DNA of 64,000 nt from Pocillopora damicornis (lineage: Eukaryota): contig NW_020845547.1 in assembly GCF_003704095.1 (NCBI RefSeq), positions 248,001-312,000 of the forward strand, in the 5' to 3' direction. Shown here piece after piece: positions 53,456 through 64,000 of the stretch (positions within the stretch are counted from its first letter, which is position 1; every line of letters begins with the position of its first letter). The notes beneath the pieces are model-generated. The model searched no databases and was not told where the DNA came from. It saw nothing but the letters and a program-made list of their open reading frames with translations. The position numbers were made by a program, and so were the translations under genes.

Positions 53456-55445
53456 ATGGCAACCGGCGGAACATCGTCACCAACTTCTGCTGGTCTTGGT
53501 GGACCCTCAGTGATGGATCTATCGAAAGAAAAAACGAATGGCACAAGGTTGGGAAGACTGATTATTGACGACGGAACAAAAGTTTTAATGAAATTCTTGC
53601 ATTCCATGCATCCAGAGTCAACCTTACAGAACGCATTGAACAACAATCGCCCAAAGCTCGAAGAGCTGAAACGAAAGCGAGTAATATTTGATGAGCAATG
53701 GGATAAATTGTTTCCTTCCTCAGGTAAACCGTCAGACTCGAAAGAATTTGATATCACGCTTCTACACTTACTGCTTCGTGAAATTTGTCATCTATCGGCT
53801 CCTTCGACTGGATGGCACAAAATGCCTGCCGACTCTGATGCCAGCCCTGAAGCCAGCATCGTGCGTATCAAATGCTATAGAAATGAGCTTTGCCACAGTG
53901 TGTCTACTGGAGTTCCGAATGACGAATTCGAAGACAAGTGGTACAAAATATGTTCGTCTCTAGAAGTACTCGAGATTGCCGTCTATCGGAAGAAACTTCA
54001 GTTCTTGAAGAGTGTTACCATCGATCACGAAGCTCATTTGGTTGAAGAGGAACTCGAACAGTGGAGGAGGGAGAAAGAACTTGAGATGATTGGAAAAGTC
54101 TCTGAACTCTCCAGTTGTCTTCCTGATGACTTGCCAGAAGAACATATCATCGGCCGTGGTGATCAAATACAAGACATCAAAGAAAAAGTTGAAAGTGGAA
54201 CGGCTCCTGTAATTCTGATCACTGGTGGACCAGGATTCGGAAAGACGACTGTAGCAAAGCGAGTGGCATGTGAATTAGCCAGACTACAAGATCGAAGAAC
54301 TGTTTTCTTTTGTAGCTTATTATCAAAGAAAACGTTTAACGAGGTAACCATGGAAATGTTTAATTCATGTAGTAAAGTAGTTAACATGCAAGTGCTGGAG
54401 AATCCGGGACAGTGGCTTAAAGACTGGAGTAAACAGATCCATAACCAGGTCACTTTTGTTCTTGACAATGCAGATGGTGTTCTCGAGTCTGACGATCGTG
54501 AACTATTTCTTGAAACCTTACGTGATGTGAGAAAGTTATCGCGACGAAATGTCACATTTGTAATCACTGCGAGAACAACATTTGAAAATCCCGACTTGCC
54601 GTTAAAAGAGGTTAGGCTACCCCCGTTGTCGACTGAACAAGCCAAAAATCTCCTTGTTTCTCGGCTTCGCTCTTATAAACAGGATGTTCAACACGAGCTA
54701 TGCAAAGCAGAACAACTTGTCAAATTATGTGGCTGTGTTCCCCTGGCACTGTGCATTGTTGGATCTCTGCTCTCAGATTTCACGGAAGAAACACTCATCA
54801 AAAACCTCGAGAGAGAACCACTGGCTGTCCTCGAGGACGATCATGGATCTGTAGAAAAGGCAATAAAGACGTCTTTCGATCTTCTGACAGAAGCTGAACG
54901 AGAAGCCTTTGTTCTTATGTCCACTTTTCAAGGTTCGTTCAGCTCAGTCGCTGCTGAGGCTGTTATGAAAGCATGCTCTATCCCTGGAATTTGGCCGATC
55001 AAGATTGTTCGTTCCTTGAAGAGAAAATCGCTCATAGAGCAGCCAAGTTCCCGAAGATATCAGATGCATCCACTCATTCACTCGTATGCAAGGAAGACCG
55101 GTCTAGAAAATGATCCCGACCTTTTAGCTGGAGGGGAAAAATTGGCCTGTGTCCACTTCATTTCTTGTCTAGCGAACAATGCCAACATGTACTGGAGAAA
55201 GGACAGCTGCAAAGAGTCTCTTGATTTATTTAACGAGGACAGGGACAATTTCGAGTACTTTTTACACATCTACGCTCAGAGAAGGAAGGACCAGGATGAG
55301 AAAATCGCGGAATGCTCTGAGACCTTTTTGGAAAGTTTTCCACAGAAGTGCATGTATTTGCAGAAGTGTCTCCCTCCAAAGATCTACGCTGATATCCTTG
55401 AACAGTTACTGGACACGTTTGACTCAGTTCTTGAACCGGTAAACT
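53456..55445 (+). CDS. HEPN-STAND-TPR copy 4; open until the gap, 3' part not assembled
   Basis: RIKCYRNELCH, GGPGFGKTT, FVLDNAD, GCVPLAL, YQMHPLIH. No lesion in ~663 codons. Confidence 0.85.
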
Positions 55446-55888
55446 NNNNNNNNNNNNNNNNNNNNNNNNNNNNNNNNNNNNNNNNNNNNNNNNNNNNNNN
55501 NNNNNNNNNNNNNNNNNNNNNNNNNNNNNNNNNNNNNNNNNNNNNAGGGTCACAAGACTCTCACAAGGATTTCAAGATAATCTAACAGGCCGAAACAAAA
55601 CCGAAACACTTAGTCAGAACATTTCTAAATTTAGTAGTTCCCAAAGACTTCTAATGGTGGTTGGCTTGTGGTTCACAGCGGGAGCTTAACCTCACCAATC
55701 AGGAACCGTAGACAATGATTTTTCTCGGAAACCATAGGAAATTATTCCCAGAACTCATTGGGAGATTTCCCTGTAGACTGGTTATAAAATTCGTGTCGAT
55801 TGAAAATCGCAATTCGTGGTTATCTGAAGACAAGCTAACGTTCTTATCCTTCTCAAAACGAATTTGCTTTGTAATAGCTTTGACAGTC

Positions 55889-58038
55889 ATGGCAGCCGGC
55901 AGAACATCGTCACCAACTTCTGCTGGTCGTGGTGGACCCTCCGTGGCGGATCTCTCGAAAGAAAAAACGAATGGCACAAGGTTGGCAAGACTGCTTATTG
56001 ACGAAGGAACAAAGGTTTTAATGAAATTCTTGCATTCCATGCATCCAGAGTCAACCTTACAAAACGCATTGAACAACAATCGCCCAAAGCTCGATGGGCT
56101 GAGGCGGAAGCGAGTAATATTTGATGAACAGTGGGAGAAATTGTTTCCTTCCTCAGGTAAACCGCCAGACTCGAAAGAATTTGACATCACCCTCTTACAC
56201 TTACTACTCCGTGAAGTTTGTCATCTATCGGCTCCTTCGACCGGATGGCGCAAAATGCCTGCCGACACTGATGCCAGCCCTGAAGCCAGCATCGTGCGTA
56301 TCAAATGCTATAGAAATGAGCTTTGCCACAGTGTTTCTACAGGAGTTCCGAATGACGAATTCGAAGACAAATGGAATAAAATATCTTCGTCTTTGGAAGT
56401 ACTTGAGGTTGCCGCCCATCGGAAGAAACTACAGTCCCTGAAGAGTGCTACCACCGATCACGAAGCTCAATTGGTTGAAGAGGCACTCGAACAATGGAGG
56501 AGGGAGAAAGAACTTGAGAAGATTGGAAAAGTCTCTGANNNNNNNNNNNNNNNNNNNNNNNNNNNNNNNNNNNNNNNNNNNNNNNNNNNNNNNNNNNNNN
56601 NNNNNNNNNNNNNNNNNNNNNNNNNNNNNNNNNNNNNNNNNNNNNNNNNNNNNNNNNNNNNNNNNNNNNNNNNNNNNNNNNNNNNNNNNNNNNNNNNNNN
56701 NNNNNNNNNNNNNNNNNNNNNNNNNNNNNNNNNNNNNNNNNNNNNNNNNNNNNNNNNNNNNNNNNNNNNNNNNNNNNNNNNNNNNNNNNNNNNNNNNNNN
56801 NNNNNNNNNNNNNNNNNNNNNNNNNNNNNNNNNNNNNNNNNNNNNNNNNNNNNNNNNNNNNNNNNNNNNNNNNNNNNNNNNNNNNNNNNNNNNNNNNNNN
56901 NNNNNNNNNNNNNNNNNNNNNNNNNNNNNNNNNNNNNNNNNNNNNNNNNNNNNNNNNNNNNNNNNNNNNNNNNNNNNNNNNNNNNNNNNNNNNNNNNNNN
57001 NNNNNNNNNNNNNNNNNNNNNNNNNNNNNNNNNNNNNNNNNNNNNNNNNNNNNNNNNNNNNNNNNNNNNNNNNNNNNNNNNNNNNNNNNNNNNNNNNNNN
57101 NNNNNNNNNNNNNNNNNNNNNNNNNNNNNNTCCTCTGGCCCTGTGCATTGTTGGATCTCTGCTTTCAGATTACACCGAAGAAACCCTGATTAAAAAACTG
57201 GAGAAAGAACCACTTGCTGTACTAGAAGACGATGAAGGATCTGTAGAAAAGGCCATCAAGACCTCTTTTGATCTATTGACTGAAGCTNNNNNNNNNNNNN
57301 NNNNNNNNNNNNNNNNNNNNNNNNNNNNNNNNNNNNNNNNNNNNNNNNNNNNNNNNNNNNNNNNNNNNNNNNNNNNNNNNNNNNNNNACTAGGACTTGCA
57401 ATGGACAAGATAGGAAACAAACTCAAGATTCGGAAATTTATGAATCGATATCCGAAGACCTTCCTCGAGGCTGAGTTTCCAAGTAAGTACAAGGTTCATT
57501 TTCCAATTACGTATTACATCGTCATAAAGCTGCTTGACTGTGGAAGAGGTCTGAACGAAATTTTCGAATACTTATCCAGTGGCTACTGTGAATGAGGAAG
57601 TTGTTGACTCCACGATCAATAAAAAGTACATAGATTTTTTTAAAGTACACATTTCCAGAAACATATTTTTGTGGTTCAAAACTCGTAACTATCGTCAGTA
57701 CAATAATTCATTGTGAACTGAAACACCATTATTTCCGCCCCCTATCTCATCCAATAGAATATCAGTTGATATTCTCGTCTGATCCTAAAAACGCTGTACA
57801 TTTAAGTGTGATTGCGTCTGGACACTTCGTCATGAATGTTGCAAAGCGATGTACATGATCTTTGTGTTTGATATTCTAATCGGGTGTATTTATATTACCC
57901 TTGTAAGTAAATCTGCTTACTTTTCATGGCGAGAGGAAACTTGAATCTATGAATGCTTTAAATCATAAACAAACGAATCCAAATATCTACTTTTGTTTGT
58001 AAATTTCAGGAAACGTTTCCGGGCGAACTGGCCATTAA
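55889..58038 (+). CDS. HEPN-STAND-TPR copy 5, fragmentary across gaps (55889-56538, 57131-57287, 57388-57482, terminal exon 58010-58038)
   Basis: MAAGRTSSPTS...RIKCYRNELCH, PLALCIVGSLLSDY, and C-terminal KFMNRYPKTFLEAEFP. The ATG at 55889 follows an acceptor (ttgacag). The pieces may not all belong to one copy. Confidence 0.7.
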
Positions 58039-59795
58039 AGCAAACATTCAAGCAAAAAGTCCAAGGCTGGATCTCCATAAGAAGGGGACAAAGAAACGTT
58101 AGTGGTGACAAGAACGAACTTTATGAACAATATGGTATTCGACTTTTTGCAAACTGACGACCGAAACAAAGGAAGAAGAGGAAAGGGAAATAAGTAACGT
58201 TATTAACAACTCGCAAATACACGACAGTCTTAGGTCGTGCTTTTTTAGAAAAATTTATTTCAGTATTACAGATCGAACGAGCTGAAAAAAAATCATTAGC
58301 TGACCCACAAAAATAGCAAATTTTTAAAACTTCAGTGTTCTGCAATTTATGACAACACAATTTTGTAAGGAAAATTTTACTAGAGGACTTGTATGCGTAT
58401 GAAACGTTTTAGTTCATTAAATAATGCTCTGTGAATATCCTCGTTGTAAATCACCAGAATTAGATTACAAACACATGAAAGTCAAAAATAGTTACGCGGC
58501 TTCAAAATGTTTTAAGTGTTTGGCAAAAGATGGCAAAACGAACAGAAACTTGCTCGAGCTTTTTTTAGCACAGTCGTGCCTGTTGAAAACTAAAACACTT
58601 TTGCGATAACACTAATGAGCCTAAAAAAAAAACTACCCCTGTCTACCTCAGACAAATTGCATCATGATTACATTAGCTGCCTAAAGTGCTGAGGATTTGA
58701 ATCTGACTATATATGCCTCGATTTATCGCGCCGTTTTGTGATTCCTTGGATAACACTTGAATAAAGAGGTGCAGTTCACGTCACGTCACGTCACGTCAAG
58801 TCACGCATAGCCTCCACTTTGGCGATAGTTTGGACATCTTGATAGAAGCTCCCTAATCTTAAACATTTCTTGGAAATTGCTGTCTTCTGAGAATTATGTT
58901 ACAAAGCATCTCCCATTCAAACTGTCATTTCAGCCTCATATTTTCTTGAGCAAAATGGTACCATGCAAAAGGTCGTGTTCATTGAGATTCCAACACATTG
59001 AATTCAAAATCGAGCTCTCGAAAAATCAGTGACCCTTGCAGCACTGTTCGCCACAGGCTATTAAAAACTAAGGTTATATTGCAAGTGTACAGAAAGGAGC
59101 CAATATATATATATTTTTCTTTTGCGCCCGAACGCGATAAATGTTTGTTCACTTGGAAGGTGATATTTAAGGCAACGATCCTCGGTCTAAATTGCAATAA
59201 AGCCCCTATGTCGTTTTATGAACGGTTACAACTACAATATGGTTTCGTGCTCGGGCGAGTTCAGGACGACTTATTGCCACAGTGTCTGTTTTATTTGGTG
59301 AGTGAGCGAGTGACTGACTGACTGACTCTTTTGCATATTGGAGTCCCCATAAAAAATCGTTTGCACGAGTTTTAAGTAATTATAATGTTAAGCTAAAGTT
59401 GAAGTTACACAAACCGTGACATTAAGCTTCCCAGAAACAAACATCTCGAATATCCAGCCTTGCATGACACTTAAATCATGCTATGACAGTCTCCTGCATG
59501 ACATGCAAATTGACTTATTATACACCCATAAGTCCAAAGATCTTTCTCGGAAACTACATCATCTCCTTTTTCTTAGAACTTTTTGCCTTCTTGTAAAGTG
59601 GTTTTGAGTTCATTAGGCTTATTAGTATGTTTAAGGATGGCGACTCTGTTCGCTTGTTTTAAGATGCGATCATGAATCCGACAAACACACGCACGCATCG
59701 GTGAGGTAAGCTTATTCTTTCATTTTCCAAACGAAATTTCCATAAATACTTGTCTTGCCACCAAGACCATTCCTCGAGTTAAAACACGAAAGATA

Positions 59796-62700
59796 ATGGC
59801 TGGCACAGCCTCTTCTCCTGTTTCTCCTGTTTCTTCTGGATCTTCTGTGCTAAATGTATCAGAGGAGAAAACGAATGGCACGAAGCTAATGCGACTGCTG
59901 GTTGACGGAGGAACACACGTTCTTCGCAATTTATTGCATTCTGTCTACCCAACGGATAAATTACAAGTCGTATTAAACAACAACAAGGCAAAGCTTCAAT
60001 TGCTAAGGTCCAGAGGTGTAATATTTAAAAACCAGTGGGAAATGTTATTTCCTGCCGTAGGCGATCCACCGGACTCAAAAACGTTCGACATTTCACTTTT
60101 ACATCTCTTGCTTCGTGAAATTTGCCATCTTACGGCGCCTTCAACCGGCTGGCACAACATGCCTGCAGAAGATGATAATAGTCTCGGAGCAAACATTACC
60201 CGCATCAAATGTTTCCGAAATGAGCTGTGTCACAACGTCTCTACCGAAATTCCAAACGCTAAATTCGAGGACAAGTGAACGACATAGCATTGTCTTTAGA
60301 GGCAATTAAGATTTATGTTCTACAAAAGGGACACGTAGAGGAAATGGAAGCGCTGAAAAGGGATCCCATTGATCACGATACAAAGCGACATTTGGAGGAA
60401 CTAGCTAAAGAATGGAACAAAATACAGGAACAAGAAAGGATTCACTCGTCAAGTTTTAGCCCTCGCAGCTGTTTACCGGACATAATACTAAAACAAAATG
60501 TATTTGGCCGTAACCAAGAAATAGAGCGTGTCACGAAAATGGCCGAGGGTGGAGACATCCCTGTTGTCCTTGTTACTGGTGGACCTGGATTTGGAAAGAC
60601 GACTGTGGCTAAACGAGTGGCTCATGAATTAGAAATTTCAGAGAAGGAAGGAACTGTACTATTTTGTAGTTTACAAACGAAATCAACTTTAAATGAAGTG
60701 GCCATAAGAATGATCAACATATGTGGTTCAGTCAGCACACAAGTACCAGAGAATCCGGGGCAGTGGCTAAGAGACTGGAGCAAACAGATTCAAAGCCAGG
60801 TCACGTTCGTTCTTGATAACGCAGATGGCGTTCTTGACTCGGGCGATAGAGAGTCATTCCTGAGCCTTTTATGTGACTTACGAAGTCTATCGAGGCAAAA
60901 GGTAACATTTGTTATTACTACAAGGAAAACATTTGAACATTCCGACTTGCAGCCAAAAGAAGTCAGGTTGCACCCTTTGTCCACGGAACAGGCAAGAGAT
61001 CTCCTTGTTTCCCGAGTGCAAGTCTATGAAGGTGCTCCACAGAAACTTTGCAGGGTAGATTACATTGTTAGTGATCTATGTGGCTGTGTTCCTTTGGCAC
61101 TTTGCATTGTTGGTTCTCTTCTTTCAGATTATTCCGAAGAAACACTCATAGCAAGCCTTGAAAAGGAACCATTAGCTGTCCTAGAAGACGACCAGAGTTC
61201 TGTAGAAAAGGCCATTAAGACTTCGTTTGACCTTTTGAACGAACCCGAACAAGAGGCTTTCATTCTCCTGTCTTTGTTCCAAGGTTCATTTGATATTGAT
61301 GCAGTCCAAGCTGTGACGAAGGCCGAATGTTCGATCTCTGGGGCTTTGCCAATCTCCATCCTGCGCTCATTAAAAAACAGATCTCTTGTGGAGAAGCCCT
61401 ATTCCCGCCGATATCAGATGCATCCGCTCATTCAGTCATACGCAAAGAAGATTGGTCGTGATAGGTATGACGAGCTTTTGGCAATGGGCGAAAAACTGGC
61501 TTGTATACACTTCATGTTGCGCCTCGCGAAGAATGCCAATATTTACTGGAGTAAGGACACATGCAAGGATTCCCTTGTTTCTTTTCAAGAAGACAAGAAC
61601 AATTTCGAATATTTTCTTCAAATTTACGCCCGAGGCAGGGAAGAACAAGATCAAGAGATCGTGAACGGCTGCTCTTTCTAGACAGTTTTCCGCAGAAGTG
61701 GATGTATTTAGAAAGATGCCTTCTCCCACGATCTTACACTGAGATTCTTGAGAAGTTACTGAAAACTTTTGACTCTCGTATCCAACCGGTGCACACTGTG
61801 GATCTTTTGTGTCTTCTTGGACATGAATACAGGAAAAAAGGAAGAATAGAAAGGTACAAGGAGGTTATGGATGAAGCGCATCGAATTCTCTCAGGGAATA
61901 CCACTGCATTCCAAACAAAACCGTTATCTCAAGTCTACTTCCACAACAGTTATGTTCGATTCCTTTCAGATAAAAAAGACTCAAAGGAAAACGCAAGGAG
62001 GGACAAAGAGACTGAAATGGCTCTAAAGGTCTGCCATGAGAGACTGGGAAAAATGCACCCAGAGACAGCAGCAACTCTCTATCTCTCAGGAATCATCGCA
62101 AAGCGCAATAAAAAACCCGAGCAATCTGAGCAACAGCTCAAGGAGGCTAAGTCAATTTTTCAGAATTGCCTCGGCACACACTTCATGACTGCTGAAACTT
62201 TAAAGGCCATCGCAGACCGCCTTTTTTTTCTTGAAGGGAAGAACAAAAATTACTCGAAACTTGGAGCGGGCGGTAGCAAAGAAATTGTTTTGACCCTAAA
62301 GAACTTTGGAATGTGTCACATGAACAAGAACAATTTTGAAGAAGCAATGGTCTTACTAAGAAAGGCACAACAAGTTGCCGACCGAGAACTAGAAGAAAAT
62401 CACAAATGGAAAGTCGGGATAAAGACTGCGTAGGCTATATTGCATGACAAAATGGGAAAACAAGATATGGCGATAGACGAAATGCAAAGGGGACTGCGAA
62501 TGGCAAAAATATTTGACCTGTCAATAGATCGCATGGGAGACAAAGACGACATAATAGACTTCACAGGACGCCAGCCGGAGGAATTCCCAGAGTCTGAGTT
62601 TCCAAGTAAGTAATGTTTTCACTTTCTAGTCACCTGGAGGATCTGCTCGAGGAGATATTTTAAAATAGAAATCAGTCCTGAACCCAACTTTGCGCTCTTT

Positions 62701-63455
62701 GATATCGCTTTCCACTCGTTTTAGGAAAACCATAAGAAGAGGTTAGAAATCTAATCTTGTCACAAGGAAGCAAGCGCGTGCCGTAACTTCTAATGCAAAT
62801 TGCAAGTACCCCTTTCACTGCTTTTTTTTTTAGCCAAAAACGTGCTTCCGCACCAACTGATTACGTTGGTATTTATGATGTCAGTTAAAAAGTCAGTTTT
62901 TTACATTCCTGGACATAATGCTATGCATAAGCAGTATATTTAAACGGCTATTTCATCGTACTTATAAGTGACTTTGTATTCATTTTATTAAATTATGCGT
63001 TTTAAGGCCTTTTAAACCTCAGTTTTTTTCATTGGAAGTTAAAGGTGGCATGCTTGAAGTTCGAGCCCAGACCGGAAAGAACAACCCGAAAAAAATGATG
63101 GATTGGTCACCTGATAACGCATAGCACCTGATCTGAATTTCAACATTCTTTTATGAATAAATGTGAATAGAAACGTCTTTTATTTGTGCTTTCACCTCTT
63201 CAGGTACGCATGTCGAACTTTAGGTAAATAAAGGGCGTAAAAGGTAATTGGAGTTTATCGTGAGCTCTTTTCCCATTAATGAGAAGAAACTTGCACCCCT
63301 ATCAAATCAGTGTACCGTGATAATTCATGATGCATACTGCGCTTTTACTTTCAGGAAGTGTTGCCAGCCGAACAGGCCATCGAGTCGAACAGCCCTACTT
63401 TCCCAGAAAGTGGAAAGGTGGCTTTGGAAGAGGAAGGAATCAATCAGAGAATTGA
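59796..63455 (+). pseudogene. HEPN-STAND-TPR copy 6, full length but disabled
   Basis: 1-nt deletion giving TGA at 60276, a second frameshift at ~61670, an in-frame deletion near 62250 and a TAG at 62431. The family C-terminus continues to 62605, with a terminal exon at 63355-63455. Motifs RNELCH, GGPGFGKTT, GCVPLAL and YQMHPLIQ are retained. Confidence 0.85.
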
Positions 63456-64000
63456 GGAAAAAGGTTGTTTACTGATGGAGAACAATTTAAATGATAGCGT
63501 TAGCATACTCTTAAACTACCAAACTGAATATTCATAATTTGCAAACCATGATGATGAAGATCATTCTTTGAAATGACTGCTGCAAATCGAATTTACAATA
63601 ATAATTTTATATTTCACACGTGAAGATAACGATACAACAAGAGAAAGTAGGGATCTCTTAAATACAACCGATTAGCTTTCGTGTAGTTTTTTTTCTCGTG
63701 TATGAAAAATATAAGCAATTTAATCATTTTGAAGCGAGAGACACATTACCGACGATTAACAATTAACCAACTTCTGTCAGCGTGTCTCGCACTAATTATT
63801 TTGACAAATAGGTTCCATTGTGTTGCGCGTCTGTTCAGTAATGGTTCACGGATGACGTCAAATGTGGTAAGAACCGGAAAGTGAGGCAAAAAGCGCAGCA
63901 GAGTGTGTCGCTCATGTTTTTATCACATTTAAACATCATCTGTGAACGCCTACTTTACAGAATTACTACAACATGGAGTCCATTTGTTTTATACATTTTA
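63115..64000 (+). repeat. Downstream flank paralogous to 49360-50270 (segmental duplication of copies 3 and 6)
   Basis: Colinear blocks such as ctgatctgaat-tcaacattcttt, gaaatgactgc-gcaaatcgaatttaca and gatgacgtcaaatgtggtaagaacc. Confidence 0.85.

Noticed and set aside
55715-55888. 58-aa N-terminal extension of copy 5 in the ORF track
   Set aside because: The homologous region of copy 4 has stops, and an acceptor lies just before ATG 55889, so it is non-coding.
60270-60280. Programmed frameshift or stop readthrough in copy 6
   Set aside because: No slippery heptamer is visible, and three more independent lesions follow, so decay is simpler.
28557-62368. Antisense and alternate-frame ORFs overlapping the HEPN-STAND-TPR genes
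   Set aside because: Shadows of the real CDS. They recur only because the genes are paralogous.
28573-63455. Bacterial contamination or very recent horizontal transfer of an Avs-like island
   Set aside because: The genes have spliceosomal acceptors and donors, are interleaved with host MITEs, lack operon structure and use a metazoan DZIP3-type HEPN. An ancient transfer cannot be judged from this window.

Overview
Eukaryotic, AT-rich genomic DNA with GT-AG introns and many N-gaps. Gene content and repeat families suggest a stony coral or related cnidarian (inference). The left third (1-22 kb) is a housekeeping block: Elongin C (+), an STPG1-like gene (-), an intronless neurensin-like gene (+) and the 3' half of a C9orf72 orthologue (+), with piggyBac-type MITEs, tRNA-derived SINEs, Crypton-derived elements and Penelope-type repeats carrying minimal hammerhead motifs. 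A partial orphan class A GPCR (-) lies between ~900-bp inverted repeats. The right 36 kb (28.5-63.5 kb) is a tandem array of six same-strand paralogues, each built as DZIP3-like HEPN domain (R-x4-H RNase motif kept in all six) + NB-ARC-type STAND NTPase + TPR repeats. This is a candidate animal NLR-like sensor-switch-RNase immune system with the same layout as bacterial Avs and fungal NLR-like proteins. Two copies are intact, two are interrupted by gaps and two are disabled. Conserved STAT (GAS), NF-kB and IRF-like motifs lie upstream of the genes, three copies have a hidden spliced terminal exon, and a ~9-kb non-coding amplicon built from upstream and coding fossils of the family has replaced the 5' end of copy 3.
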